Made by a program: the position numbers and the translations under genes. This document shows, one piece after another, positions 9,084-16,598 of a stretch of 20,000 nt of DNA. The DNA is from Reclinomonas americana ATCC 50394. Lineage: Eukaryota. Position 1 is the stretch's first letter; the number at the start of each line of letters is the position of its first letter. The notes below the pieces were generated by a model. That model made no database searches and was not told the DNA's origin. It saw only the letters and a list, made by a program, of their open reading frames with translations. Where the stretch lies: assembly GCA_048213135.1 (NCBI GenBank), contig PS015010.1, positions 2,034,316-2,054,315 on the forward strand, written 5' to 3'.

Positions 9084-10556
9084 ATGAAAAAACATCTCCG
9101 GCAGGGGCCTTCCCGTGCTGCCAACACCCCAACACTTTTTACGGGAAAAACTTCTTTCTTTTTACTATGTTTCTTTATCCTGTTTTCAGCTGCAGCGCCC
9201 GGCAAACTCTACGCCCAGGCTTCGGTAAGCAACGTGAGCTTTACCCAGTTTGACCGTTATGATACGGACGGAAGCTTGCTCTTCGAAAATTCGAGCCTGG
9301 GCAAGGTCAACTTCTCGGTTACACCGGATCCTTCGTTTACCTATTATGTGAACATTTACGCCAAAACCAAATCCAACACCAGTACCTGGATCGTTCAGAA
9401 TCTCCCGGTTACACCTGTCCCGGTTCCTGTACCGGGCTCCTGTATTTCAACAGAAGTTGATTTTAAGTTCCTGGAAGAAATACCCGGCACCAGGATAGCA
9501 ACCATTACCTATGCGGTGGAGGTTTCGAGGCTGGTGAAAGCTACTGCCACTACCACTACGGTAAGGTCTGTCAATAAACAGGCAGCGGCCAATCTCACGG
9601 CTACCCCGGTATCCTATTCTACCATCCCGGTAGGAAAAGGAAGGTACCTCAATGAGGTTTCAGCCCGTTACAGCGAATCGGCCAACCTGGCTTTGTTCTC
9701 TATGACAGCACCTGTTGCCGTTACCAACAAAGACAAAAATATCCCTCCTCTCGATGAGGACACCAACCAGTGCCTCCCCGGTGCTTTTGCCCGCAGCATA
9801 TCCTGGCTGTTGGGTGAGAATGGTTACCCCAATGTACCCAAGCCCAAGGAGATTTACGACACTTTAAGAAAGCTGTTTGCCAGTTGCTCCACGTACGCCT
9901 GCGCTGTCAATAAGAAGAAGGATTACCTCAAATCCATCTCCGGCGGAAAGGGCACTACCGACCCGATATGGTGGCCGTCAAAACCCGGGGACAGCATTAA
10001 GAAGTACAATGACAAATGTGATGTGGAAGTATCCTGGGCCGATACCCCAAGAGGACATATCATTACCATTGTTGGTATTACCTGCGGGGCGGATGGCTGC
10101 TGTACCATCCGTTACCGGGATGATGACAGGCAGGGCCAACCCGGGGGCGATACCTGTGTAAAAACGACGGTGATCTGCGGCGACAGCATCAATACCCCGG
10201 CGGGTAAAAGAAAGATAGACGCTGTTATTGTTGAATGTGCTCCCCCGGCTACTACCACCCGGCCGGCGATAGCGCTGGAAGACAACGTGGAATTATTGCA
10301 GAATGTACCTAACCCGTTCAGCAATACAACACAGATCAGCGTAAGGGTAAAACAAGCCAGCCTGCTCAAAAACGCGGTGCTTATTATCAGCAATATGAAC
10401 GGCACGGAAATAAGAAGGATACCCGTACAATTGCGTGACGGGCTCAACCAGTTCAGGTATGCAGTGCCGCTGGAAATAAAAGGGGTACTTTATTATTCGC
10501 TGGAGATCAATGGAAGGATCACCGATTCAAAGAAAATGTTTGTAACGTCTAACTAA
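9084..10556 (+). CDS. T9SS-secreted protein (type A CTD) with a putative papain-like Cys-His-Asp domain
   Basis: Probable start ATG 9084 (MKKHLRQ... with a hydrophobic h-region and LYA-Q cleavage), 490 aa. C-terminal LLQNVPNPFSNTTQIS...GVLYYSLEING..SKKMFV is a T9SS sorting domain. Central NQCLPGAFARSISWL, GHIITIVGI and IRYRDD motifs. Confidence 0.85.
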   Translation: MKKHLRQGPSRAANTPTLFTGKTSFFLLCFFILFSAAAPGKLYAQASVSNVSFTQFDRYDTDGSLLFENSSLGKVNFSVTPDPSFTYYVNIYAKTKSNTSTWIVQNLPVTPVPVPVPGSCISTEVDFKFLEEIPGTRIATITYAVEVSRLVKATATTTTVRSVNKQAAANLTATPVSYSTIPVGKGRYLNEVSARYSESANLALFSMTAPVAVTNKDKNIPPLDEDTNQCLPGAFARSISWLLGENGYPNVPKPKEIYDTLRKLFASCSTYACAVNKKKDYLKSISGGKGTTDPIWWPSKPGDSIKKYNDKCDVEVSWADTPRGHIITIVGITCGADGCCTIRYRDDDRQGQPGGDTCVKTTVICGDSINTPAGKRKIDAVIVECAPPATTTRPAIALEDNVELLQNVPNPFSNTTQISVRVKQASLLKNAVLIISNMNGTEIRRIPVQLRDGLNQFRYAVPLEIKGVLYYSLEINGRITDSKKMFVTSN

Positions 10557-10571
10557 CAGCGATTATATATA

Positions 10572-10607
10572 ACTAAAAGAGCTTTCCACTTGGAAAGCTC
10601 TTTTAGT
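10572..10607. terminator. Bidirectional terminator between convergent genes
   Basis: Perfect 17-bp inverted repeat ACTAAAAGAGCTTTCCA-ct-TGGAAAGCTCTTTTAGT. Confidence 0.85.
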
Positions 10608-10655
10608 ATACCGAATTGACTATACAATTACTTCTTCAGTAAGATTTAAAAACAC

Positions 10656-11096
10656 TTACGCCTTTGACTTGCCATATTCATAGCTTACCATCCAGTTGAT
10701 GCCGAATTTGTCGGTCAGCATGCCGAAGTAGGAATTCCAGAAAGTTTTACTCATGGGCATGGTGGCCATTCCGCCTTCTGCCAGCCCGTTGAAAATGCGG
10801 TCGGCTTCAGCTTCGCTGTCGGTATTTACAGAAATGGAGAAGTTATTCCCCTGTACCGTGGCGGGCCCGAAACCTGCAAGGGTATCGCTTCCCAGTAAAA
10901 CGGAGTCGCCACCCAGCGGCAGGGACATATGCATGATTTTTTCACCATCACTCTCAGAGATGGCTTTTCCTTCCATGGGTGGCATGTCTTTAAAACGGCC
11001 AACAAACGGGAATTCTCCTCCGAATACGGATTTGTAATGATTGAAGGCCGCCTCACAGGTGCCGTCAAAAGTGAGATAAGGGTTGATAGATGTCAT
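10656..11096 (-). CDS. VOC-family protein, PhnB/YjdN-like
   Basis: INPYLTFDGTCEAAFNHYKSVFGGE, IMHMSL and MPMSKTFWNSYFGMLTDKFGINWMVS motifs. Confidence 0.9.
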   Translation of the reverse strand: MTSINPYLTFDGTCEAAFNHYKSVFGGEFPFVGRFKDMPPMEGKAISESDGEKIMHMSLPLGGDSVLLGSDTLAGFGPATVQGNNFSISVNTDSEAEADRIFNGLAEGGMATMPMSKTFWNSYFGMLTDKFGINWMVSYEYGKSKA

Positions 11097-11179
11097 TATA
11101 TTTTAGCTTTTGGTTTTATATAATAAAAATAGAAGTATTTTTTTCCTATCGCAAGTGTACCTGCAAGTGCTGTTGTTAA

Positions 11180-11246
11180 ATTAAAAACGGCTGTCCACCC
11201 ACGTGGAACAGCCGGTAATGAAATCAGGCCTCTACCCCTGATTCAC
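11180..11246 (-). ncRNA. Candidate small structured RNA or attenuator (hairpin plus terminator)
   Basis: -7-like box GAAATTTG (11250-11257), then a 7-bp hairpin AATCAGG/CCTGATT (11222-11243), then an 11-bp GC-rich stem with one bulge (11188-11214) and a U5 tail. Confidence 0.4.
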
Positions 11247-11431
11247 TGACAAATTTCAGCGTCTTTTAAGGGACGTTGTATTATGATGAACACATAAAAA
11301 GTATCATTGTGAAAGAGCGGTCCGCTGATAAGATAGACGTATGTGGCGGTTATATGGTTGCAATCATATGAAAGATAATAACCTCTTGTGAAAACAAAAA
11401 AATATAGTTGTTCATTTAAAAAAAGGAGAAT

Positions 11432-11459
11432 AAAAAAGCCGGGAGCATGTCCCGGCTTT
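11432..11459 (-). terminator. Intrinsic terminator downstream of rplL
   Basis: AAAGCCGGGA-gcatg-TCCCGGCTTT stem with a U6 tail on the minus strand. Confidence 0.85.
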
Positions 11460-11493
11460 CATATAATCGAACTTTCGTTCTGTTGCTGTTTAC

Positions 11494-11867
11494 TTAGGCA
11501 ATCTCAACTTCAGCGCCAGCTTCAGTCAGTTTTGCTTTCAGGTCGTCGGCAGTAGCTTTATCCACGCCTTCTTTAACTGGTTTAGGAGCGCCGTCTACCA
11601 GGTCTTTTGCTTCTTTCAGACCCAGGCCGGTCAGTTCCTTAACGATCTTAACAACGGCCAGTTTGTTGGCACCACCGCTTTTCAGGATAACGTTGAAAGA
11701 TGTTTTTCTTCAGCAGCAGCGGCACCGTCACCACCACCCGCGCTTACTACAACTGCAGCAGCAGCTGGTTCAATCCCGTATTCAGATTTCAGGAATTCTG
11801 CGAGTTCCTGTACTTCTTTAACTGTTAAACCTACAAGGTTTTCAGCTAATGCTTTTACGTCTGCCAT
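11494..11867 (-). CDS. rplL: 50S ribosomal protein L7/L12, with an apparent 1-nt deletion frameshift at 11703-11707
   Basis: N-terminal half [23 protein letters not shown]...AAAEEK continues in another frame as [39 protein letters not shown]...EAGAEVEIA*. Adding one A to the A5 run gives an intact 124-aa L12. Confidence 0.95.
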
Positions 11868-11985
11868 AATGTTTACATTTTTACCGCCTTCATTGTTTTT
11901 GACTCCGGCGGAGTGATTAAAAAAATTGTGTCTTATTCAGAACAGCGGCAAGGCCGCTATTAAGATACTGTTGTTTTGCCGGTGA

Positions 11986-12588
11986 TTATTCGGCTGCTGG
12001 TGCGGCTGCTTCGTCAGATGCTGCCGGAGCTTCTGTGGCCGGAGCCTCAGTTGCCGGTGCGGCTTCTGCCACGGGAGCAGCTTCTTCAGTTTTACCTGAA
12101 GCGGCTTCTTTGTTCTGCAGGGCGCCCAGTACACGCTGGATAGGCGATTGCAGCAACCCGATGATCTCGCCAATGAGTTCGTTCTTGGTCTTGATCTGGG
12201 TGAGGGCTTTCAGCTGGTCGTTACCTACAAATACGTCGCCATTAATGAAAGCGGCTTTCAGGAGCGGCTTTTCATTGTTGTTCTCCTTACGGAAGCTGCT
12301 GATGATCATAGCAGGTTCTTTAGGATTTTCGCTGAACATGAGGGCAGTCACTTTATGCAGGGAGTCGTAAACACCGGCATATTTTTCCGCGTCGAGGCTT
12401 TCCAGCGCTTTGCGGATAAGTGTGTTTTTAGCCACTTTCATTTCCACCTGCTTGCTGAAGCAATGACGGCGGAGTTTACCCACCTGGTCAACCGTAAGGC
12501 TTTCCGTATCGGTGATGTAGAAGTTATTATATTGAGAGAACTTGCCTTTCAGCACTTCTATCACTTCGTTTTTTTCCTGTTTTGTCAT
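11986..12588 (-). CDS. rplJ: 50S ribosomal protein L10 with an Ala/Glu/Pro-rich C-terminal tail
   Basis: LTVDQVGKLRR, KVAKNTLIRKAL and ELIGEIIGLLQSP motifs; located between rplA and rplL. Confidence 0.96.
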   Translation of the reverse strand: MTKQEKNEVIEVLKGKFSQYNNFYITDTESLTVDQVGKLRRHCFSKQVEMKVAKNTLIRKALESLDAEKYAGVYDSLHKVTALMFSENPKEPAMIISSFRKENNNEKPLLKAAFINGDVFVGNDQLKALTQIKTKNELIGEIIGLLQSPIQRVLGALQNKEAASGKTEEAAPVAEAAPATEAPATEAPAASDEAAAPAAE

Positions 12589-12634
12589 AACAAATATTTT
12601 TTGTTAACCCTGGTCCGATAGATACGGTGCCGGA

Positions 12635-13324
12635 TTAGTTTTGAACAGATTTGGTGTCGATTGCAATGCCGGGGCTCATCGTGCTGGCCATGCTCACACC
12701 TTTCAGGTAAGTACCTTTTGAGGAAGAGGGCTTCAGTTTGATGATGGCATTGATTAATTCCTGGCTGTTTTCAGCGATCTTTTCAGGAGCAAAGCTTACC
12801 CTTCCGATAGAAGCGTGGATGATACCCACTTTATCTACCTTAAAGGCAATTTTACCACCTTTCAGATCGGTAACGGCACCAGCCACATCGTTGGTTACTG
12901 TTCCGGTCTTGGGGTTTGGCATCAGGTTACGGGGACCGAGTATCTTACCCAGTTTACCCAGTTTAGGCATCACCGATGGTGTAGCCACGATCACGTCAAT
13001 ATCTGTCCAGCCACCTTCGATCTTGGTGATGAATTCATCCAGGCCCACATGATCAGCGCCGGCGCCTTTGGCTTCGGCTTCTTTATCAGGCGTACACAGT
13101 ACCAGTACACGCTTGGTTTTACCGGTGCCATGAGGCAGGGATACGGTACCGCGGATAGCCTGGTCGGCTTTCTTAGGGTCCACACCCAGTTTGATATGAA
13201 GATCAACAGAGCTGTCGAACTTGGTGGTATTGATTTCTTTTACTAATGATGAAGCTTCTTTAAGGGAATACGCCTTATTACTATCAACCTTAGTATTGGC
13301 AACTTTTCTTTTCTTAGTAATCAT
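12635..13324 (-). CDS. rplA: 50S ribosomal protein L1
   Basis: [35 protein letters not shown] and [16 protein letters not shown] motifs. Confidence 0.98.
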   Translation of the reverse strand: MITKKRKVANTKVDSNKAYSLKEASSLVKEINTTKFDSSVDLHIKLGVDPKKADQAIRGTVSLPHGTGKTKRVLVLCTPDKEAEAKGAGADHVGLDEFITKIEGGWTDIDVIVATPSVMPKLGKLGKILGPRNLMPNPKTGTVTNDVAGAVTDLKGGKIAFKVDKVGIIHASIGRVSFAPEKIAENSQELINAIIKLKPSSSKGTYLKGVSMASTMSPGIAIDTKSVQN

Positions 13325-13349
13325 TGTCTTTTATTTTAAGGTTTGATAA

Positions 13350-13793
13350 TTAATTTTCCCAGGGAGCTTTACCTTCAACGGTTAAACCCATGCTGCGGGC
13401 AGTACCGGCAACCATGCTCATAGCGCTGTTCAGGGTGAAAGCGTTCAGATCGGGCATTTTATCTTTCGCGATCTCTTCCACCTGTGCCCAGGTTACTTTA
13501 CCTACTTTGCTACGGTTGGGTTCTTTACTTCCGCTCTGGATCTTGGCAGCATCCATCAGTTGAACGGCAGCCGGAGGGGTTTTGATAATAAAGTCGAAAG
13601 ACTTGTCGGCGTAAACGGTGATTAATACGGGAAGTACTTTTCCTTGTTTATCCTGGGTCCTGGCATTGAATTGCTTACAGAACTCCATGATGTTGATACC
13701 TTTAGAACCCAGTGCAGGGCCTATCGGCGGTGCAGGATTGGCTTGCCCTCCTTTACATTGGAGCTTAACATAGCCAGTGATCTCTTTTGCCAT
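13350..13793 (-). CDS. rplK: 50S ribosomal protein L11
   Basis: True start ATG 13793: [29 protein letters not shown]...GTARSMG, 147 aa. The ORF-track extension to 14042 is spurious. Confidence 0.98.
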   Translation of the reverse strand: MAKEITGYVKLQCKGGQANPAPPIGPALGSKGINIMEFCKQFNARTQDKQGKVLPVLITVYADKSFDFIIKTPPAAVQLMDAAKIQSGSKEPNRSKVGKVTWAQVEEIAKDKMPDLNAFTLNSAMSMVAGTARSMGLTVEGKAPWEN

Positions 13794-13807
13794 TGTTTTA
13801 CATTTTT

Positions 13808-13847
13808 TTGGTGATAGCGTCCCGGTGATTTCACCGAAGACTCCCAA
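13808..13847 (-). promoter_or_regulatory. L1-binding autoregulatory leader of rplK
   Basis: mRNA UUGGGAGUCUUCGGUGAAAUCACCGGGACGCUAUCACCAA mirrors the E. coli rplK operator pattern GGGAG-hairpin-GCGUUAUUACCC, just upstream of the ATG. Confidence 0.7.
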
Positions 13848-13891
13848 GTCATCCCGGTAGTTACCGGGAACTAAAGAACTATTTGGGGCGG

Positions 13892-13899
13892 CAAAGGTA
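13892..13899 (-). promoter_or_regulatory. -7 promoter box TACCTTTG for rplK-rplA-rplJ-rplL
   Basis: Exact TAnnTTTG match upstream of the L1 leader and downstream of the nusG terminator. Confidence 0.7.
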
Positions 13900-14030
13900 G
13901 TAATTTTATTGAGAAATAAGCACCCGGAGTGAAGTTTTTTCAACCGGGAATAAGCAGTCCGGTTGAGGGATACAGGATGCCAGATGCCGGGCTGCGGCGG
14001 GATATGAGGTCGGTATCCTGTTCTCTCAAA

Positions 14031-14060
14031 GAAAAAGCCCATCTTAACAGACGGGCTTTC
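14031..14060 (-). terminator. Terminator after nusG
   Basis: AAAGCCC...GGGCTTT stem with a U-tract on the minus strand. Confidence 0.7.
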
Positions 14061-14079
14061 AATATGTTGCTGTACTTTC

Positions 14080-14679
14080 TTATGACAGTTTTTCCACCTG
14101 CATATAGCTGAGTTCCACAGGGGTAGCCCTTCCGAAGATCTTCACCTGTACTTTCAGTTTCTTCTTTTCGTCGTTCACTTCCTCGATAACGCCGTTGAAA
14201 TCGTTGAACGGGCCGTCGATGATCTTGATGGTTTCACCTACAATGAACGGTTCGCTCATGGTCATACCGCCGATATCGCTCATTTCGTCCACTTTACCCA
14301 GCATCTTGTTCACTTCCGCTTTACGCAGGGAGATGATATTGCCTTTTGAACCTTTACCATCGGTAAGGAAGTGCATTACGTTGGAGATATTGCTGATGGT
14401 CTGGATCATGTCGTCATTCAGTTTGCCATCGGCCACTTCAATCATGATATAACCGGGATAGAAGTTCCTTTCCCTCATCACTTTTTTACCATTCACCACT
14501 TTATACACTTTCTCCACCGGCAGGAAGATCTGCTTAACGATATTGCTCCAGCCGTTGCGGATCACGTCTTTATCCAGGTATTCCTTGATCTTACGTTCTT
14601 TTCCGCTAACAACACGCAGCACGTACCATTTGCTTTCCTTTTCCGCTGTTTTATCTACTCCCGGAGTTGTCGCTTCCAT
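14080..14679 (-). CDS. nusG: Transcription termination/antitermination factor NusG
   Basis: [23 protein letters not shown] motif [16 protein letters not shown] and [10 protein letters not shown]. Confidence 0.97.
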   Translation of the reverse strand: MEATTPGVDKTAEKESKWYVLRVVSGKERKIKEYLDKDVIRNGWSNIVKQIFLPVEKVYKVVNGKKVMRERNFYPGYIMIEVADGKLNDDMIQTISNISNVMHFLTDGKGSKGNIISLRKAEVNKMLGKVDEMSDIGGMTMSEPFIVGETIKIIDGPFNDFNGVIEEVNDEKKKLKVQVKIFGRATPVELSYMQVEKLS

Positions 14680-14681
14680 AA

Positions 14682-14879
14682 TTATCCTTTAAATAAAGAG
14701 TAAATGAATTTCAGGGAACCGTTGGATACGAAGTCCATTACACCAACCAGCACGGTGATCACGAGGGTAGCACCCAGAACGATCATGGTGGATTGCTGTA
14801 ACTGGTCCCAGGTAGGCCAGGTTACTTTTTGTACCAGCTCCTTGTAAGAGTCGCTGAAGTAGGTGGTTAATTTATTCAT
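14682..14879 (-). CDS. secE: Preprotein translocase subunit SecE
   Basis: SYKELVQKVTWPTWDQLQQSTMIVL motif plus a TM helix; ATG at 14879; immediately upstream of nusG. Confidence 0.95.
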   Translation of the reverse strand: MNKLTTYFSDSYKELVQKVTWPTWDQLQQSTMIVLGATLVITVLVGVMDFVSNGSLKFIYSLFKG

Positions 14880-14888
14880 CAAACTAAT

Positions 14889-14920
14889 TTGAAAATGTAA
14901 AAATTTGAAAATCTGAAAAT
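14889..14920. repeat. Four tandem imperfect octamers (TTGAAAAT, GTAAAAAT, TTGAAAAT, CTGAAAAT)
   Basis: Read directly between tRNA-Trp and the secE start. Confidence 0.7.
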
Positions 14921-14970
14921 GGTTCTCCTATTTTCATATGGAGCCATTGTGCAATTTTCGTATCAAATTG

Positions 14971-15041
14971 CACGGGCACTAGGATTCGAACCCAGATCAA
15001 AGGTTTTGGAGACCCGTATGCTACCGTTGCACCATGCCCGT
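14971..15041 (-). tRNA. tRNA-Trp(CCA), CCA end not encoded
   Basis: Acceptor stem ACGGGCA/TGCCCGT, anticodon loop CT-CCA-AA, T-loop GGTTCGAATCC; canonical tuf-trnW-secE position. Confidence 0.95.
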
Positions 15042-15082
15042 GTGTTGGACCTGTATCCCGCTATCAGCGGGACCATGCCCGT

Positions 15083-15125
15083 AAAAATCAATTAGCTAAC
15101 TAGCAAAATTACTAGTTAGCTAATT
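15083..15125 (-). terminator. Hairpin/terminator after tuf
   Basis: Perfect 14-bp inverted repeat AATTAGCTAACTAG/CTAGTTAGCTAATT (15090-15125), followed by GATTTTT on the minus strand. Confidence 0.7.
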
Positions 15126-15152
15126 AGATATATCAAAGATACTATTTATCAA

Positions 15153-16340
15153 TTACTTGATAATTTCAGTCACCTGACCGGCACCTACGGTACGGCCACC
15201 TTCACGGATAGCGAACTTCAGACCTTTTTCCATCGCGATCGGCTGGATCAGCTTAACGCTCAGGCTGGTGTTATCGCCAGGCATAACCATTTCAGTACCT
15301 GCAGCCAGTGTAACTTCACCGGTTACGTCAGTAGTACGGAAATAGAACTGAGGACGGTATTTGTTGAAGAACGGAGTATGACGACCGCCTTCTTCTTTGC
15401 TCAGTACGTATACTTCACCTTTGAATTCAGTGTGCGGAGTGATAGAACCTGGTTTGCAAAGCACCATACCACGACGGATCTGGGTCTTTTCAATACCGCG
15501 GAGCAGCAGACCTGCGTTATCACCAGCTTCACCTTCGTCAAGCAGTTTTTTGAACATTTCCACACCTGTACAGGTAGTAGACAGGGGTTTTTCCTGCAGA
15601 CCAACCACTTCGATGGCTTCACCCACTTTGATACGGCCCCTTTCGATACGACCGGTAGCAACGGTACCACGACCAGTGATAGAGAATACGTCTTCCACGC
15701 TCATCAGGAACGGCAGATCAACCAGACGCGGAGGCAGCGGAATGTAGCTGTCTACAGCGGCCATCAGTTCGTCGATTTTAGCCACCCATTTTTCTTCACC
15801 AGCAAGAGCGCCGGTAGCTGAACCCTGGATGATTGGTGTGTTGTCACCGTCAAAACCGTAAGAAGTCAGCAGTTCACGGATCTCCATTTCTACCAGTTCC
15901 AGCAGTTCAGGATCGTCAACCAGGTCAACTTTGTTCATGAAAACAACGATCTGAGGCACACCTACCTGGCGGGCCAGCAGGATGTGCTCTTTCGTTTGAG
16001 GCATCGGGCCGTCAGTAGCGGCTACCACGAGGATAGCACCGTCCATCTGCGCAGCACCGGTGATCATATTCTTTACGTAGTCAGCGTGACCCGGACAATC
16101 TACGTGAGCGTAGTGACGGGTAGCAGTAGCGTATTCTACGTGAGCCGTATTGATGGTAATACCCCTTTCTTTTTCTTCAGGAGCACCGTCGATATCGTCA
16201 TAATTTTTTTTCTCCGCTAAACCTTTTTTTGACAAAACATCGGTTATAGCGGCTGTAAGTGTTGTTTTACCATGATCCACGTGACCGATGGTACCAACGT
16301 TAAGATGGGGTTTATCCCTCTTGAATGATTCTTTTGCCAT
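15153..16340 (-). CDS. tuf: Elongation factor Tu
   Basis: [43 protein letters not shown] and [12 protein letters not shown] motifs; 395 aa. Confidence 0.99.
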   Translation of the reverse strand: MAKESFKRDKPHLNVGTIGHVDHGKTTLTAAITDVLSKKGLAEKKNYDDIDGAPEEKERGITINTAHVEYATATRHYAHVDCPGHADYVKNMITGAAQMDGAILVVAATDGPMPQTKEHILLARQVGVPQIVVFMNKVDLVDDPELLELVEMEIRELLTSYGFDGDNTPIIQGSATGALAGEEKWVAKIDELMAAVDSYIPLPPRLVDLPFLMSVEDVFSITGRGTVATGRIERGRIKVGEAIEVVGLQEKPLSTTCTGVEMFKKLLDEGEAGDNAGLLLRGIEKTQIRRGMVLCKPGSITPHTEFKGEVYVLSKEEGGRHTPFFNKYRPQFYFRTTDVTGEVTLAAGTEMVMPGDNTSLSVKLIQPIAMEKGLKFAIREGGRTVGAGQVTEIIK

Positions 16341-16407
16341 TGTTTTATTTTTTGTGTTTGTTTTGAAATTTCGGTTTGCCTTAAAGCGTGAAAACCATCG
16401 GCTGCTG

Positions 16408-16479
16408 AGCCATAGGTGAGAATCGAACTCACGACCCCTTCCCTACCAAGGAAGTGCTCTACCCCTGAGCTACCACGGC
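16408..16479 (-). tRNA. tRNA-Thr(GGT)
   Basis: GCCGTGG acceptor stem, anticodon arm CTTCC-TT-GGT-AG-GGAAG, T-loop GTTCGATTC. Confidence 0.95.
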
Positions 16480-16525
16480 TTAACGTGTTGACTTTCTTCC
16501 CTGCCCGGGAGCAGGGAAGAAACTG

Positions 16526-16598
16526 AGCGGAAGACGAGGCTCGAACTCGCCACCTATAGCTTGGAAGGCTATCGCTCTACCAAATGAGCTACTTCCGC
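16526..16598 (-). tRNA. tRNA-Gly(TCC)
   Basis: GCGGAAG/CTTCCGC acceptor stem, anticodon arm ATAGC-CT-TCC-AA-GCTAT. Confidence 0.96.

Noticed and set aside
8812-9253. ORFs 8812-9135 (-) and 8882-9253 (+), and the longer starts at 8811 and 8979
   Set aside because: They cross promoter and terminator elements and lack protein-like features; the signal peptides point to starts at 8730 and 9084.
11494-11867. rplL as a true pseudogene
   Set aside because: It is an essential gene with both halves intact and only one homopolymer indel; a sequencing error is more likely.
13794-14042. 83-aa N-terminal extension of L11 in the ORF track
   Set aside because: It runs through the nusG terminator, the rplK promoter and the L1 operator; canonical L11 begins at ATG 13793.
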